From NCBI GenBank assembly GCA_963664875.1, contig OY761611.1, positions 736,001 to 800,000 of the forward strand: a DNA stretch of 64,000 nt. The letters run 5' to 3'. Made by a program: the position numbers and the translations under genes. The notes under the pieces were generated by a model. That model saw nothing but the letters and a program-made list of their open reading frames with translations. It ran no database searches and was not told the origin of the DNA. Below, piece by piece: positions 10,308 to 21,896 of this stretch (positions within the stretch are counted from its first letter, which is position 1; every line of letters starts with the position of its first letter). This DNA comes from Candidatus Kapaibacterium sp. (GTDB taxonomy: Bacteria > Bacteroidota > Ignavibacteria > Kapaibacteriales > UBA2268).

Positions 10308-10958
10308 TTAGAACCCCATAGAGCTACCGCCCATCTGCTCCATTTGTTTTTCCATTTCTTCTTGTGTCGAATATTTTATGTTTTTTGGAGCTTCAAATTT
10401 TGCAGCGGGAATGCTAACATCAGTTTTTATGCTGATAGCTTCTTCTTTAAGAGTTTGTCCCATCATGCTTACTTCTGATTTTAGTGTAAGGTTTTTCCAA
10501 GCCCAAATTTTAAATCCATTTTCAGATGCCCATATTTCGCAAGATTTGCCTACTATGGTTTCAGTTTTACCTGTGTTTTTAAATTTCAGGGATTTCAACA
10601 TTTCTTTTCCGAATTCAGCAATATCCTTTTTTTGTTTAACAAGTTCTTTAAGCATATCGTTTTCGCCTTTGTAACCTGTTTTGTTTTGTAAATCTGCCTG
10701 TATGATTTTGTAACCATCTTGTATAATCACAGTATTTGTGTTTTGAGTCATACCCATAACACTTGTTTTAGATTTTGTATAATCAGCTTCTCTATATCCA
10801 TAGTCTGATATATATTTTGTTTTTGTACCGGAAGTCATGCCGGATATTTTGTATTCAATGATGGCTTGTTTTACTTCATATTTTTTGAATTTGGTAGCAC
10901 CAGCAAACACAACAGAAAATGTCAGAAGCAAAATGGCAATTTTAATAGCACTTTTCAT
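10308..10958 (-). CDS. Secreted DUF4412-like protein
   Basis: Signal peptide; TGKTETIVGKSCEIW and IPAAKFEAP motifs of DUF4412/LolA-like folds. Confidence 0.7.
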   Translation of the reverse strand: MKSAIKIAILLLTFSVVFAGATKFKKYEVKQAIIEYKISGMTSGTKTKYISDYGYREADYTKSKTSVMGMTQNTNTVIIQDGYKIIQADLQNKTGYKGENDMLKELVKQKKDIAEFGKEMLKSLKFKNTGKTETIVGKSCEIWASENGFKIWAWKNLTLKSEVSMMGQTLKEEAISIKTDVSIPAAKFEAPKNIKYSTQEEMEKQMEQMGGSSMGF

Positions 10959-11027
10959 AGTAAACCTTTTATAAAATGTGTGGATATATCAAAAGCAAGG
11001 TAGCAATAATTTTATTCATTTTTGCTA

Positions 11028-11771
11028 TTATTTTAGAGTCAGCTTAAAAACAAAGAAAAATTGTTCTTTCTCAGGCTGTAGATATAAAGCGGTTCCAACC
11101 GGTAATGTAAACTCTTCAGTTATTTTGATAGATCTTTCTATTGACAATCCTAAATTTACCACAGCCCACTTATCTTCCTGCACATCATAGGTAGCAGTTT
11201 TGCCTTTAGTAAAACCGGCATGTATTTTCAAAAGATTATTATCTACTGCAAAAGGATAGGCAACTTCATAATATACTGTATTGTCAGGGTCATTATGGAA
11301 GCAGTGATCTATCAGGAGCTGAATGGGAAAAGCATCGGTACCTTTATACTGCAACGAAATGTTATACCAATGTCCGCCTCTGCTTATGATTTCGCCCTTT
11401 TCGTTAAGCTTTGTATCTTCAAAGTTAAAATACTCTCTGCCTTCGCAAGGATAGTAAAAATCAGTGATAAACGGAGTGAATGTTCCAAAATCGGTATTGA
11501 TGTTATATTTCAAAACCAAATCAACTTCGTTAAATTTTATAGTTTCGTCATTGTACTCATAGCCTGCCGATAAAGCCTGTGAACCCCAAAACTCGAACTC
11601 AAAATTGGAAACTTTCAAATTGAATTTTGGCTGGATAGCTGCAGAGTTACCAACGTCGGTAGCTCTCCAATTGTAAGCACTTACAAAATCGACGGCAGAT
11701 GTCAGCTCTACAGCATAGCTGCCGGTATAAAAACAAAAAACTAAAGCTAAACAGGCAAGAAGTTTCTGCAT
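11028..11771 (-). CDS. Putative outer-membrane beta-barrel (TorF-like)
   Basis: Signal peptide; DFVSAYNWR...AIQP, FEFWGS, EVDL; amphipathic terminal strand. Confidence 0.65.
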   Translation of the reverse strand: MQKLLACLALVFCFYTGSYAVELTSAVDFVSAYNWRATDVGNSAAIQPKFNLKVSNFEFEFWGSQALSAGYEYNDETIKFNEVDLVLKYNINTDFGTFTPFITDFYYPCEGREYFNFEDTKLNEKGEIISRGGHWYNISLQYKGTDAFPIQLLIDHCFHNDPDNTVYYEVAYPFAVDNNLLKIHAGFTKGKTATYDVQEDKWAVVNLGLSIERSIKITEEFTLPVGTALYLQPEKEQFFFVFKLTLK

Positions 11772-12035
11772 CTAAATCTCTCACTAAATAAATTTATTGG
11801 AATTGAATAGGTTATGAATATGCAAGTTACAGCTTTATATCAAATATTGCTCTTAACAAGATATTAAACGTTTGTAAATCACTATTGTCAAATAATTTAG
11901 AATAATGAGAAACATAATTTTGACCATACAGATAAGCATTCTCATACATTCAATTTTAGAGAAAAGTAAGATTCTTTATTTTTATCACAGAAAATCGTAT
12001 ATTGTTTTATAGTTTTACTTAAAATGGAGCAAGAT

Positions 12036-12506
12036 ATGAATAAGTACTTTCTGATTTTAGTCCTTTCTTTTTCTTTGATGTTTGTAAGTATTTTGGATGC
12101 CAAAAAACTTAAAGAATCTGAAGTTCCTGCTGTAGTTCTCAATAAATTCAAACAAATGCACACTTCTGCTAATAAAATTGAGTACAATTTGAAAGAAGAG
12201 AATGGCAAAGATATGTATCGAATCAGATTTGAAGAAAACAAATATGATTTGGAATATTTCTTCGAAAAAGACGGAAAAGTTTACAGAATGGATGGCGAGA
12301 TTGCTATTGATTTGCTTCCTGAAAAAATCAGACAAATTGTCGAAAAGAAATTCGAAGGCGAACAAATAGTAGAGGTTGAAAAAACTATCAGGAACTATGA
12401 TGAACACGGATTTCAAGTAAAACTTGTCAAAGGCAACAAAGAAACAAAAGTCGATTTCGACAATAAAAACAGAATAATTGAAATCAACATAAAATTCAAA
12501 TACTAA
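12036..12506 (+). CDS. Periplasmic PepSY-like domain protein
   Basis: Signal peptide from MNKYFL; two repeats (VPAVVLNKF...FEKDG; LPEKIRQIV...FDNKN). Confidence 0.75.
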   Translation: MNKYFLILVLSFSLMFVSILDAKKLKESEVPAVVLNKFKQMHTSANKIEYNLKEENGKDMYRIRFEENKYDLEYFFEKDGKVYRMDGEIAIDLLPEKIRQIVEKKFEGEQIVEVEKTIRNYDEHGFQVKLVKGNKETKVDFDNKNRIIEINIKFKY

Positions 12507-12517
12507 TCTTTGAAAGT

Positions 12518-14743
12518 ATGCAGAACGGAAACGAGAATATAGAAAACAATACACTTCAATTTATCAAAGGTGTCGGCCCTAAACGAGCTGAAGCCTTGAT
12601 TAAGGAAGGAATACTTACTCCGCTGGATTTGTTATATTACTTCCCACGTGCTTATATAGACAGAACCGGTACCAAAACACTTTATTCTCTGGTCTCCGAA
12701 TTAAAGCAAATTGAAAATTATACTGCGGAAAAAAACCTATACTTCAACTCCGAGCAAACAATAGTTGCCAGAATAGTTGCAAAAGAAATTAGAGAATTCG
12801 GCAAAGCAAAAAAAATGCTTTCCATTTCTCTAAGCGATAATTCCGGAGGATCCGCAAAGATTATCTTTTGGAATAGTGTGAAGTATTTTGACAAAATTTA
12901 CCATAAAGGTCAGCTATTAGCAGTTAGCGGCAAAGCCGAGCTTGATAGGTACAACTTGATTTCTTTCACTCATCCGGATATAGACGTTATAGACGAGGAA
13001 GATGCATCTCTTTATTCCAAAGGTGCAATTCTGCCAAAATACAAGCTATCGGATGCCCTCCGCAAAGCAGGTATTTCCATGAAAATCATGAGACAAATTG
13101 TCGCTGTTTCTCTAAAAAAATACGCTCCTAATATTGTGGAAGTGCTGCCTCCCAAATTGGTAAACGAATATAATCTTCCTTCGAAAGCACTTGCTGTTTA
13201 TAGTCTCCATTTTCCCAAAAATAAAGACATATTAGAACGCTCAAAACTGCGAATTAAGTTCGAAGAACTTTTTATGTTTCAGCTGTTTTTGAATCTAAAG
13301 AAAGATAAACTCAAATCTGCTGAAAAAGGTATAGCAATCAAACCTAAAAGCCTATCAGCACGAAAACTATATGAAGCTCTGCCTTTTGATTTAACTCCCG
13401 ATCAGAAAAAAGTTCTAAGAGAAATTGCTGAAGATATGGAAAACGGCAAAGCTATGAATAGACTTCTACAGGGAGATGTGGGCTCCGGAAAAACTATTGT
13501 CGCTATTTTTACCATGCTAATGGCAATAGATTCCGGGTTGCAGGTTGCATTTATGGCACCTACCGAAATTCTCGCGGAGCAGCATTACCATAGCCTCAAA
13601 AAATTTCTTGCTGATATAGATATCAAAGTTATTCAGCTGGTAGGCGGTCAAAAGGCAAGACTGAGAAGAGATGTCTTAGAGAAGATTGAAACCGGTTATG
13701 CCAATGTAATTGTAGGCACTCATGCACTATTCCAAAGTGAAATAAATTATAACAGGCTCGGACTTGTCATAATCGATGAGCAACATAGATTTGGTGTTTC
13801 GCAAAGAGCTGATTTGATTAATCTGGCACGTCGTTCATTTAATGATGAAGCTATTACGCCTCACATTTTGGTTATGACTGCAACACCAATTCCAAGAACC
13901 CTTACTATGACTGCTTATGGTGATTTAGATGTTTCCGTAATTAAAACTAAGCCAAAAAACCGAAAGCCTATTCTTACCAAAGTCGAATTTGAGAGTAATC
14001 ACGATAAAGTTTTCGATTTTGTAAGAAGTGAGATATTGCAAGGACGACAGGCTTTTATAGTCTTTCCGTTTGTCGAAAAGTCAGAAAAACTTGAAGATAT
14101 CAAAGCTGCTACCGAATATTTTGAGCCTTTGCAGGCAGTTTTTCCTGAATTCAAATTAGGTTTACTGCATGGTCAGATGTTTTGGTACGAAAAAGAAGAA
14201 GCAATGCAAAATTTTCTGAATAAAGAATACGATATTTTAGTAGCTACTACTGTAATTGAGGTAGGTATAGATATTCCAAATGCCAGCGTTATGGTAATAG
14301 AAAATGCCGAACGCTTTGGGCTATCCCAGCTACATCAGCTAAGAGGAAGAGTTGGACGAGGTGCAAACCAATCGTACTGCATACTTATGACTAAAGATAA
14401 CTACAAATTTCAACTAAACAAAAAGGAACAGGCTGAAAATTCTAAGGCAGCTGCGATTATCAGACTTAAAACTATGACAGAGACTACAGACGGATTTGCT
14501 ATCTCTGAAGTCGATTTGCGACTAAGAGGTCCCGGCGATATACTTGGCACAAAACAAGCAGGTCTTCCCGATTTTAAATATGCTGATTTAGTGAGCGACG
14601 GCGATATAATGGAACTTGCAAAAAAAGAAGCAATCAAAATAATTTCGGAAGATCCACATCTTAGAGCTCAGGATAATAGATTGTTAAGAGCCGAAATGTC
14701 ACGTACTTTCTTTTCGGACTCTAACTTTTTTGATATAGCATAA
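12518..14743 (+). CDS. recG: ATP-dependent DNA helicase RecG
   Basis: LQGDVGSGKT, DEQHRFG, TATPIPRT, QLHQLRGRVGRG. Confidence 0.98.
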   Translation: MQNGNENIENNTLQFIKGVGPKRAEALIKEGILTPLDLLYYFPRAYIDRTGTKTLYSLVSELKQIENYTAEKNLYFNSEQTIVARIVAKEIREFGKAKKMLSISLSDNSGGSAKIIFWNSVKYFDKIYHKGQLLAVSGKAELDRYNLISFTHPDIDVIDEEDASLYSKGAILPKYKLSDALRKAGISMKIMRQIVAVSLKKYAPNIVEVLPPKLVNEYNLPSKALAVYSLHFPKNKDILERSKLRIKFEELFMFQLFLNLKKDKLKSAEKGIAIKPKSLSARKLYEALPFDLTPDQKKVLREIAEDMENGKAMNRLLQGDVGSGKTIVAIFTMLMAIDSGLQVAFMAPTEILAEQHYHSLKKFLADIDIKVIQLVGGQKARLRRDVLEKIETGYANVIVGTHALFQSEINYNRLGLVIIDEQHRFGVSQRADLINLARRSFNDEAITPHILVMTATPIPRTLTMTAYGDLDVSVIKTKPKNRKPILTKVEFESNHDKVFDFVRSEILQGRQAFIVFPFVEKSEKLEDIKAATEYFEPLQAVFPEFKLGLLHGQMFWYEKEEAMQNFLNKEYDILVATTVIEVGIDIPNASVMVIENAERFGLSQLHQLRGRVGRGANQSYCILMTKDNYKFQLNKKEQAENSKAAAIIRLKTMTETTDGFAISEVDLRLRGPGDILGTKQAGLPDFKYADLVSDGDIMELAKKEAIKIISEDPHLRAQDNRLLRAEMSRTFFSDSNFFDIA

Positions 14744-14759
14744 ATAAAGAGATTCAATT

Positions 14760-15359
14760 ATGAGCAGTTTTTGGGACGACAAATTTTCCGGCGAAGAATA
14801 CATATATGGTACAAAGCCTAATGATTTTGTAAAATATTACATAGATAATACTACAAACAAAGGTTCAATGTTATTTGTAGGCGAAGGTGAAGGAAGAAAC
14901 GCTTTATATGCCGCACTAAACGGCTGGGAAGTTACTGCAAATGATGCAAGTCGGGTTGCAAAAGACAAAGCATTAAAGTTGGCATCCGGTCATGGAATCA
15001 GATACAAATATATTGTTTCTGATATTCTCGATTTGGACACAGAAAACAAATTCAATGCTATAGGCTTGATTTATATGCACCTACCTTCTGAAATAAGAAA
15101 ATCGGCTCACCAATTACTAACACAAAAATTGCACCTCGGAGGCGAACTATTTTTAGAAGTATTTTCTAAAAATCAAATCAATAACAATTCGGGTGGACCG
15201 AAAAATATAGATATGCTTTACAGCCTCGAAGATTTGAAAACAGATTTTGCCAATTTAGAGATTGTTTCATGCGAAGAAATATCCACTTCTCTAAATGAAG
15301 GCAATCATCACATAGGCAGAGCAGATATTATTCGTATGATTCTTAGAAAATCACTTTAA
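14760..15359 (+). CDS. Class I SAM-dependent methyltransferase (TehB-like)
   Basis: YIYGTKPN, GEGEGRNA motif I, SGGP. Confidence 0.88.
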   Translation: MSSFWDDKFSGEEYIYGTKPNDFVKYYIDNTTNKGSMLFVGEGEGRNALYAALNGWEVTANDASRVAKDKALKLASGHGIRYKYIVSDILDLDTENKFNAIGLIYMHLPSEIRKSAHQLLTQKLHLGGELFLEVFSKNQINNNSGGPKNIDMLYSLEDLKTDFANLEIVSCEEISTSLNEGNHHIGRADIIRMILRKSL

Positions 15360-16524
15360 AAGTAGAGCCACCATTTATTATTGATTCTATTTTTAGTATG
15401 CCATTGTGTTTTTCAATAAATTCTTTGCATAAAATCAGCCCTAATCCCGTACCTCTTTCTTCGTTAGTACCTAAGCGGGTAAATTGTTTATCAAAAACAA
15501 AAATATTATCTATCTGCTCCTGACTCATTCCTATTCCTGAATCCTTCACAGAAATGATATTTTTATCACCCTCTATTCTGTTTGAAATGCAAACAGTACC
15601 TAATTCAGGTGTAAATTTTAAAGCATTGGAAATTAAATTTCTCATTACAGTATGTATCATGTTGTAATCTCCGGGAATTGTTAGCCCATCTTGTAAATGT
15701 GCTTCAATTTTGATTTTTTTATTTTTTGCTATCGGTTGGTGAATCTCTATAACATCTTTTATTAGATTTGAAATTTGTAAATCCTGAATTTGAAAAGAGA
15801 TTTGCCCGGTTTGAGTTCTCGCCCAAAAGAGTAAGTTTTCGAGTAAATTATATAGATTCTTAGAGGATTCGTTCATCTCATTTATGAATGATATAATTTC
15901 TTTGAGGGACAAATCTTCGAAGGAGTCTGATAGTATTTTAGTTAATTGACGAAAAGCACCAAGAGGATTTTTCAAATCATGGGCTATTATCGAAAAGAAT
16001 TTATCCTTCGTAGCATTTGATTCCTGCAATTTCTTTTCTTTATCTAAAAGTTGTGACTCTGCTTTTTTTCTTTCTATTATTTCTGTGGAAAGTTGCTTGT
16101 TTTTATCAGTCAGTGATTTATTTATCTCGCGTTCTCTGCAAATAAATCTAAAATATAACTGCAGGAGACGAATAAGTTCTTGGTCTTTGAAAGGTTTCGT
16201 CAGGTAATCGATAGCTCCCAATTCAAGCCCTGCATTCATAAGTTCTTTTTTTGGATCGGCACCTGTCATAAAAATTATAGGAATAGAAGAGGTCAATTCT
16301 TGTTGTTTCATAAGTTTCGCAGTTTTAAAACCATCAATTTGCGGCATAAATATGTCCATAAGAACAATATCTATTTGATGATTGCCAAGCAGTCTGATAG
16401 CATTTTTGCTCGAAATAGCATCATAAACCACAGCATCAGTATTTTCTTTAATGATACTGCTAATTTTTTTGAGCATAGTTGGCGAATCATCTACCACTAA
16501 AACAGCGAATTTCCCGTTTTCCAT
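15343..16524 (-). CDS. Hybrid response regulator/histidine kinase (REC-HisKA-HATPase)
   Basis: VVDD, MDIFMP, TKPF receiver; AHDLKNP H-box; GTGLGL; 17-bp convergent overlap with the methyltransferase gene. Confidence 0.93.
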   Translation of the reverse strand: MENGKFAVLVVDDSPTMLKKISSIIKENTDAVVYDAISSKNAIRLLGNHQIDIVLMDIFMPQIDGFKTAKLMKQQELTSSIPIIFMTGADPKKELMNAGLELGAIDYLTKPFKDQELIRLLQLYFRFICREREINKSLTDKNKQLSTEIIERKKAESQLLDKEKKLQESNATKDKFFSIIAHDLKNPLGAFRQLTKILSDSFEDLSLKEIISFINEMNESSKNLYNLLENLLFWARTQTGQISFQIQDLQISNLIKDVIEIHQPIAKNKKIKIEAHLQDGLTIPGDYNMIHTVMRNLISNALKFTPELGTVCISNRIEGDKNIISVKDSGIGMSQEQIDNIFVFDKQFTRLGTNEERGTGLGLILCKEFIEKHNGILKIESIINGGSTFKVIF

Positions 16525-16580
16525 AGGTCAAAGCCTTACATGTGTTGCAATTAATTTGGCACTTTATATCATTTATTATA

Positions 16581-16588
16581 TATCTTTG
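16581..16588 (+). promoter_or_regulatory. -7 promoter element (TAnnTTTG) of uvrA
   Basis: TATCTTTG 29 nt before ATG. Confidence 0.55.
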
Positions 16589-16617
16589 TAGTTTGTTTTT
16601 TGTTTTGGATATAAAAA

Positions 16618-19500
16618 ATGCGTGATACACTTAAAGCACCTTTACAAAAATACATAGATCAGGAACTTAAAGAAATAGTTATTACAGGTGCTCGGGAAAA
16701 TAATCTAAAAAATATTACTCTGACTATCCCTCGTGATAAGTTAGTAGTAATCACCGGCCTGTCTGGTTCCGGCAAATCAAGTCTTGCTTTTGACACTCTT
16801 TATGCCGAAGGGCAAAGACGCTATGTCGAATGTCTTTCAGCGTATGCAAGGCAGTATCTCGGTATGATGAAAAAACCGGAAGTTGACAGAATTGAAGGAT
16901 TATCGCCAGCTATATCCATTGAACAAAAAACTATCAGTCATAATCCCCGCTCTACAGTTGGCACTACTACTGAAATATACGACTATATTCGTTTACTATT
17001 TGCTAAAATCGGTACGCAATTTTGCACTGAATGCCACGTGCCGGTAGAAAAGAAAAGTATTGACCAAATAGTTACAGAAATATTTTCGAATTTGTCAGGC
17101 GAAAAGATTCAAATCCTTACACCTTTAGTCAAAGGCAGAAAAGGGCACTACCGTGAGCTTTTTGAACAACTTATGAAGCAAGGTTTTACTAAAGTCAGAA
17201 TTGATGGAGAGCTCACAGAAATTGTATCGGGTCTAAAAACTAATCGATACCAAATCCATAACATTGAACTTGTAGTAGATAGGTGTATAGTTGAAAATTC
17301 TCAGATGAGCAGAATTACAGAAAGTATCGAACTTGCTTTACAAAAAGGCGAAGGTACAATGATGCTTTTATCAGGAGATAGCAATACTGAAATTTTATAT
17401 AGTACAAATTATTCCTGTCCTTCTTGTAGCAAAGCATATCAGCCACTATCTCCATACAAATTCTCTTTCAATTCGCCTTTTGGTTACTGCCCTGCATGTC
17501 AGGGTATCGGAGAAATTATAGATTATAGCAGAGATTTGGTAATACCTGATGACACTATATCAATAGCCGAAGGTGGCATTGCTATTTTAGGTAAAAAGCG
17601 GGACATGTGGATTTGGACTCAGCTTCTTGCTTTTGCAAGCGAAAACAATATAAATTTAGACATCCCCATAAAAGATTTAGCTAAAGAGTCTCTCAATCTG
17701 GTACTATACGGATCTAAAGATGAAATAACAGTTGAGTACAAATTTTCTAACACAAACAAAATCAATTATAAACATAAATTTGCCGGTATCTTACCAACTT
17801 TTCGCTCTCAATATGAAACTACAAATTCTGGACTTATCAAACGAAAAATTGAAGAGTTTATGTCGTCTCAGACTTGTGAATTATGCAACGGCGGAAGACT
17901 AAAAGTTGAAAATTTATCTGTATTTATTGCTGAAAACTCTGTTGCTGACATTTCTAAGTATGATATAACTGAAGCATTAGATTTCTTTTCTCATTTGCCG
18001 GCAAAACTCAGCAACAAACAAAATACTATTGCAAAGTTGATTCTACGAGAAATAGTTGAAAGGTTGAGTTTCCTGCAAGACGTTGGTTTAAATTATCTTA
18101 GCATCGGCAGATCGGTAAAAACTCTTTCAGGTGGGGAATCCCAACGCATCCGATTAGCTTCTCAGATTGGCTCTAAACTTGTCGGCATAATGTATATTCT
18201 AGACGAGCCGAGTATTGGCTTGCACCAGCATGACAACTACAAGCTAATCCAATCACTCAAAGAGTTGAGAGATTTAGGCAATACTGTTATAGTCGTAGAA
18301 CACGATAAAGCCATGATAGAAGAAGCAGATCACCTGATTGATGTCGGCCCCGGAGCCGGTATCCACGGAGGAAATGTTATTTTATCTACGCAGCCTTCAA
18401 ATCTCAAATATTTGAATGAATTTTCACTTGAAAACTCACATACTGCCCAATATATTATAGGCATTAAAAACATACCAATTCCTGAAAAGCGTAGAGAAGG
18501 AAATGGATTATATTTGGAACTAACAGGTGCTACGGGCAATAATTTAAAAAATGTTGATTTAAAAATTCCTCTCGGCACTTTTACCTGCATTACAGGGATG
18601 AGCGGCTCCGGCAAATCTTCGCTAATAAATGATACTCTCTACCCTATTTTGTCAAGGCATTTTTACAGATCCACAAAAATTCCGTTGCCTTATAGAAACA
18701 TAAATGGTTTGGAACATATAGACAAGGTAATTGAAATAGACCAAACACCAATCGGTAGAACTCCTCGTTCCAACCCGGCTACATATACCGGCTTGTTTAC
18801 GCTGATCAGAGACTTTTTTGCTTTACTTCCTGAATCAAAGATTAGAGGCTATCAGGCCGGACGGTTTTCTTTCAATGTTCAGGGTGGCAGATGCGAAGAG
18901 TGCGAAGGTGCAGGTCTGAAAAAAATTGAAATGAATTTCCTTCCCGAAGTATATGTTGAGTGTGAAACATGCAACGGGAAAAGATATAACATGGAAACCC
19001 TTTCAGTAACTTTCAAGAATAAATCTATTGCAGATGTCCTGGATATGACTGTTGAAGAGGCACACATTTTCTTCAAAGATATTCCTAAAATACATAATAA
19101 ACTGCAAGCTTTGATGGATGTAGGTCTGACATATATCAAATTAGGTCAACAAGCTCCTACACTTTCAGGCGGAGAGGCACAACGCGTGAAATTGGCTACT
19201 GAGCTTTCTAAACGAAGCACCGGTAAAACTTTATACTTGTTGGACGAGCCAACAACCGGGCTACATTTTGAAGATATAAATATCTTACTTAAACTGATAC
19301 ACAAACTGGTAGATAAAGGAAATACTGCTATCATTATCGAACACAATTTAGATGTAATCAAATGTGCTGACAGAATAATTGATTTAGGTCCTGAAGGAGG
19401 AAGAAACGGCGGACTAATAATTGCAGAAGGAACTCCCGAAGAAATAGCCGACTCTGAAATTAGCCTTACAGGAAAATATTTAAAAGATGAGCTAAAATAA
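16618..19500 (+). CDS. uvrA: Excinuclease ABC subunit A
   Basis: Two ABC Walker A motifs ([18 protein letters not shown]), LSGGE signatures, CxxC zinc fingers. Confidence 0.98.
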   Translation: MRDTLKAPLQKYIDQELKEIVITGARENNLKNITLTIPRDKLVVITGLSGSGKSSLAFDTLYAEGQRRYVECLSAYARQYLGMMKKPEVDRIEGLSPAISIEQKTISHNPRSTVGTTTEIYDYIRLLFAKIGTQFCTECHVPVEKKSIDQIVTEIFSNLSGEKIQILTPLVKGRKGHYRELFEQLMKQGFTKVRIDGELTEIVSGLKTNRYQIHNIELVVDRCIVENSQMSRITESIELALQKGEGTMMLLSGDSNTEILYSTNYSCPSCSKAYQPLSPYKFSFNSPFGYCPACQGIGEIIDYSRDLVIPDDTISIAEGGIAILGKKRDMWIWTQLLAFASENNINLDIPIKDLAKESLNLVLYGSKDEITVEYKFSNTNKINYKHKFAGILPTFRSQYETTNSGLIKRKIEEFMSSQTCELCNGGRLKVENLSVFIAENSVADISKYDITEALDFFSHLPAKLSNKQNTIAKLILREIVERLSFLQDVGLNYLSIGRSVKTLSGGESQRIRLASQIGSKLVGIMYILDEPSIGLHQHDNYKLIQSLKELRDLGNTVIVVEHDKAMIEEADHLIDVGPGAGIHGGNVILSTQPSNLKYLNEFSLENSHTAQYIIGIKNIPIPEKRREGNGLYLELTGATGNNLKNVDLKIPLGTFTCITGMSGSGKSSLINDTLYPILSRHFYRSTKIPLPYRNINGLEHIDKVIEIDQTPIGRTPRSNPATYTGLFTLIRDFFALLPESKIRGYQAGRFSFNVQGGRCEECEGAGLKKIEMNFLPEVYVECETCNGKRYNMETLSVTFKNKSIADVLDMTVEEAHIFFKDIPKIHNKLQALMDVGLTYIKLGQQAPTLSGGEAQRVKLATELSKRSTGKTLYLLDEPTTGLHFEDINILLKLIHKLVDKGNTAIIIEHNLDVIKCADRIIDLGPEGGRNGGLIIAEGTPEEIADSEISLTGKYLKDELK

Positions 19501-19567
19501 TCTTTTTTCAAAATAATTCTTCTCCGAAGTAGTATATTACAGTATATCATGTTTTGCGAGGTTTTGC

Positions 19568-19981
19568 TTGAAAAAAGAAGTTACAAGATATTGTGTGATT
19601 GACGGCTCGGGTAGCAACATTTATATCAGGCTTTCTGTTGATGAAGATTTGATGGCAGGGGCGGAATTTAGGCTTTATCATAAAGAGACACAAGAAGCCC
19701 TCACTTACTGGAAAATGGCTGCAGGAAACGGACAAACAGTTTCTAAGGAAATAAAAATCTCTCCTGACAAGCTCAATCATCTCATTGTAACTTGGCAAGT
19801 TATCTGCTGCTCGCAAAAAGTAGAAACATACGAAGGAGAAATTTCCATAGAAGTCATTCAAGACAGAAAAAACTGTCGAATGACTATCCCAGCTTCATGG
19901 TTCTTAGAAAACATCCCTCCTTGCGCTATAAAGCGTTCTGTTGAGTTTAGCGAAAGCTTGACTTTCATCTGCAAAGATTAA
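19568..19981 (+). CDS. Hypothetical Cys-containing beta-rich protein
   Basis: 137-aa ORF, TTG start with GAGG upstream, fills the uvrA-etfB gap. Confidence 0.6.
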   Translation: MKKEVTRYCVIDGSGSNIYIRLSVDEDLMAGAEFRLYHKETQEALTYWKMAAGNGQTVSKEIKISPDKLNHLIVTWQVICCSQKVETYEGEISIEVIQDRKNCRMTIPASWFLENIPPCAIKRSVEFSESLTFICKD

Positions 19982-20052
19982 ACTAAAAAATATAGTAACA
20001 TTTTTATCGCTTTTTCTCCGATTTTTGATATATTGTAATTCAGAGATTTTTT

Positions 20053-20060
20053 TATATTTG
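20053..20060 (+). promoter_or_regulatory. -7 promoter element of etfBA
   Basis: TATATTTG 36 nt upstream of ATG 20097. Confidence 0.55.
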
Positions 20061-20096
20061 CAAAGATTGTTCTGATTTATATTAACCGGAGTTAAG

Positions 20097-20843
20097 ATGA
20101 ATATTTTGGTATGTATATCAAGAGTACCGGACACAGCTACAAGGGTAGCTATTGGTGCAGACAAAAAAAATATTGATACTAAAGGAGTTAAATATATTGT
20201 TAACCCTTACGACGAATTTGCTATCGAAGAAGCCCTGCAGCTAAAACAAAAAAACAGCGGCTCTGTAACTGCATTAACTATCGGCACTGATGAAGCAGTT
20301 GACGTTTTAAGAACTGCCTTGGCTATGGGTGCTGATAAAGCAATACTCGTTAAAGGTGATGTAACTAAGGATTCTTTCTATATTGCTGAAAACATTGCAG
20401 CAATAGCAAAAGAGCTAAATCCGGATTTAATTCTTTTGGGAAAACAAAGCGTTGATTTCGATTCACTGCAAATGCCTTCTATGCTTGCTGAAATGTTAGA
20501 ATTACCTTCTATTTCTGTAGTGTCTAAGTTAGACATAAACGGAAATCAGGTTGTAGCAGAAAGAGATATCGAAGGTGGAAAAGAAATAGTAGAAACTACT
20601 CTCCCATGCATTATTAGTGCTCAAAAAGGACTTAATGAACCTCGTTATCCGAAATTACCGGATATCATGAAAGCAAAATCAAAACCTATCGAACAAAAAG
20701 AAGCTTTGGAATCAGCCCAAAGAGTTAGTGTGCTTTCTATGGAATTACCTGCAAAACAGCGTGTCGGCAAAATCATGACTGACAGCGATGCAGATATTAC
20801 AGAATTGGTTCGCTTATTACGCGAAGAAGCAAAAGTTATTTAA
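20097..20843 (+). CDS. etfB: Electron transfer flavoprotein beta subunit
   Basis: VPDT, NPYDEFAIEEA, ALAMGAD, GKQSVD, NEPRYP. Confidence 0.95.
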   Translation: MNILVCISRVPDTATRVAIGADKKNIDTKGVKYIVNPYDEFAIEEALQLKQKNSGSVTALTIGTDEAVDVLRTALAMGADKAILVKGDVTKDSFYIAENIAAIAKELNPDLILLGKQSVDFDSLQMPSMLAEMLELPSISVVSKLDINGNQVVAERDIEGGKEIVETTLPCIISAQKGLNEPRYPKLPDIMKAKSKPIEQKEALESAQRVSVLSMELPAKQRVGKIMTDSDADITELVRLLREEAKVI

Positions 20844-20869
20844 AAGCGATAAAATTGGGAGAAATATAA

Positions 20870-21805
20870 ATGAAAGTTTTAGTTTATTTGGAAGCTCAAG
20901 GAGCAGAACTCAAAAGAGTATCTTACGAAATGATAACTGCAGCTCGCAGCATTTCTAATGAAATAGTCGGCGTTATAGCTAATGCTGATGATGCCGCTAT
21001 CAAATCAGCAGGCAATTTCGGTCTAAAAAAAGCAATTAAGTTAGAAGACGCTTTTTTTGCAAATCATTCATCTTCTGCTATTGCTGCAGCTATTGCTCAG
21101 GTAGCCGCTAAAGAATCTTGCAACATTGCTTTATTCCCTGCTAATGCAGGCGGATTAGAAATAGCTCCTCGAGTAGCTGTAAAATGTAATGCAGGCTATA
21201 TTTCTGACATTATCAAGCTAAATAGCGATTTGACAGCTCAAAAACCTGTTTATGCAGGTAAAGCCATGATTAATGTTGCTATAGACACTGACTTCAAAGT
21301 CTTTTCTTTGAGACCAAACGTATTTACTGCAGTTAAAGGTGGAGAAACCGAAGTTGCAATCGAATCATTTGCACCTGCTCTTTCAGATAAAGACAAAGCA
21401 GTAAAAGTTACAAAATTAGCTAAAAACGAAGGTAAATTGGACGTAGCCGAAGCTGACAGAATAGTTTCAGGAGGACGTGGACTAAAAGAAGCTGAAAACT
21501 TTAAATTGATAGAAAATCTTGCTACAAAACTAAATGCTGCTGTCGGTGCTTCTCGCGCAGTAGTAGATGCGGGCTGGCGACCTCACAGCGAGCAGGTAGG
21601 ACAGACAGGTAAAACTGTTTCACCGACTTTATATGTTGCCTGTGCTATCTCCGGAGCTGTTCAACACCTCGCAGGTATGTCCGGATCTAAAGTAATCGTT
21701 GCAATTAATAAAGACAAAGATGCTCCAATATTTAAAGTAGCAGACTATGGAATAGTTGGTGATGTTTTTGAAGTATTGCCAAAATTAACTGAGAAAATCG
21801 GCTAA
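20870..21805 (+). CDS. etfA: Electron transfer flavoprotein alpha subunit
   Basis: VSGGRG, GASRAVVDAGW, QVGQTGK, ISGAVQHLAGM. Confidence 0.96.
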   Translation: MKVLVYLEAQGAELKRVSYEMITAARSISNEIVGVIANADDAAIKSAGNFGLKKAIKLEDAFFANHSSSAIAAAIAQVAAKESCNIALFPANAGGLEIAPRVAVKCNAGYISDIIKLNSDLTAQKPVYAGKAMINVAIDTDFKVFSLRPNVFTAVKGGETEVAIESFAPALSDKDKAVKVTKLAKNEGKLDVAEADRIVSGGRGLKEAENFKLIENLATKLNAAVGASRAVVDAGWRPHSEQVGQTGKTVSPTLYVACAISGAVQHLAGMSGSKVIVAINKDKDAPIFKVADYGIVGDVFEVLPKLTEKIG

Positions 21806-21845
21806 TCTTTTATCTGCAATAATTATATTTGAATAAAGTCTTAGA

Positions 21846-21877
21846 AAACAGGAGCAGTCAATGCTCCTGTTTATTTT
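21846..21877 (+). terminator. Intrinsic terminator
   Basis: AAACAGGAGCA/TGCTCCTGTTT stem. Confidence 0.75.
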
Positions 21878-21896
21878 CTATAACAAAAGATAAGTA

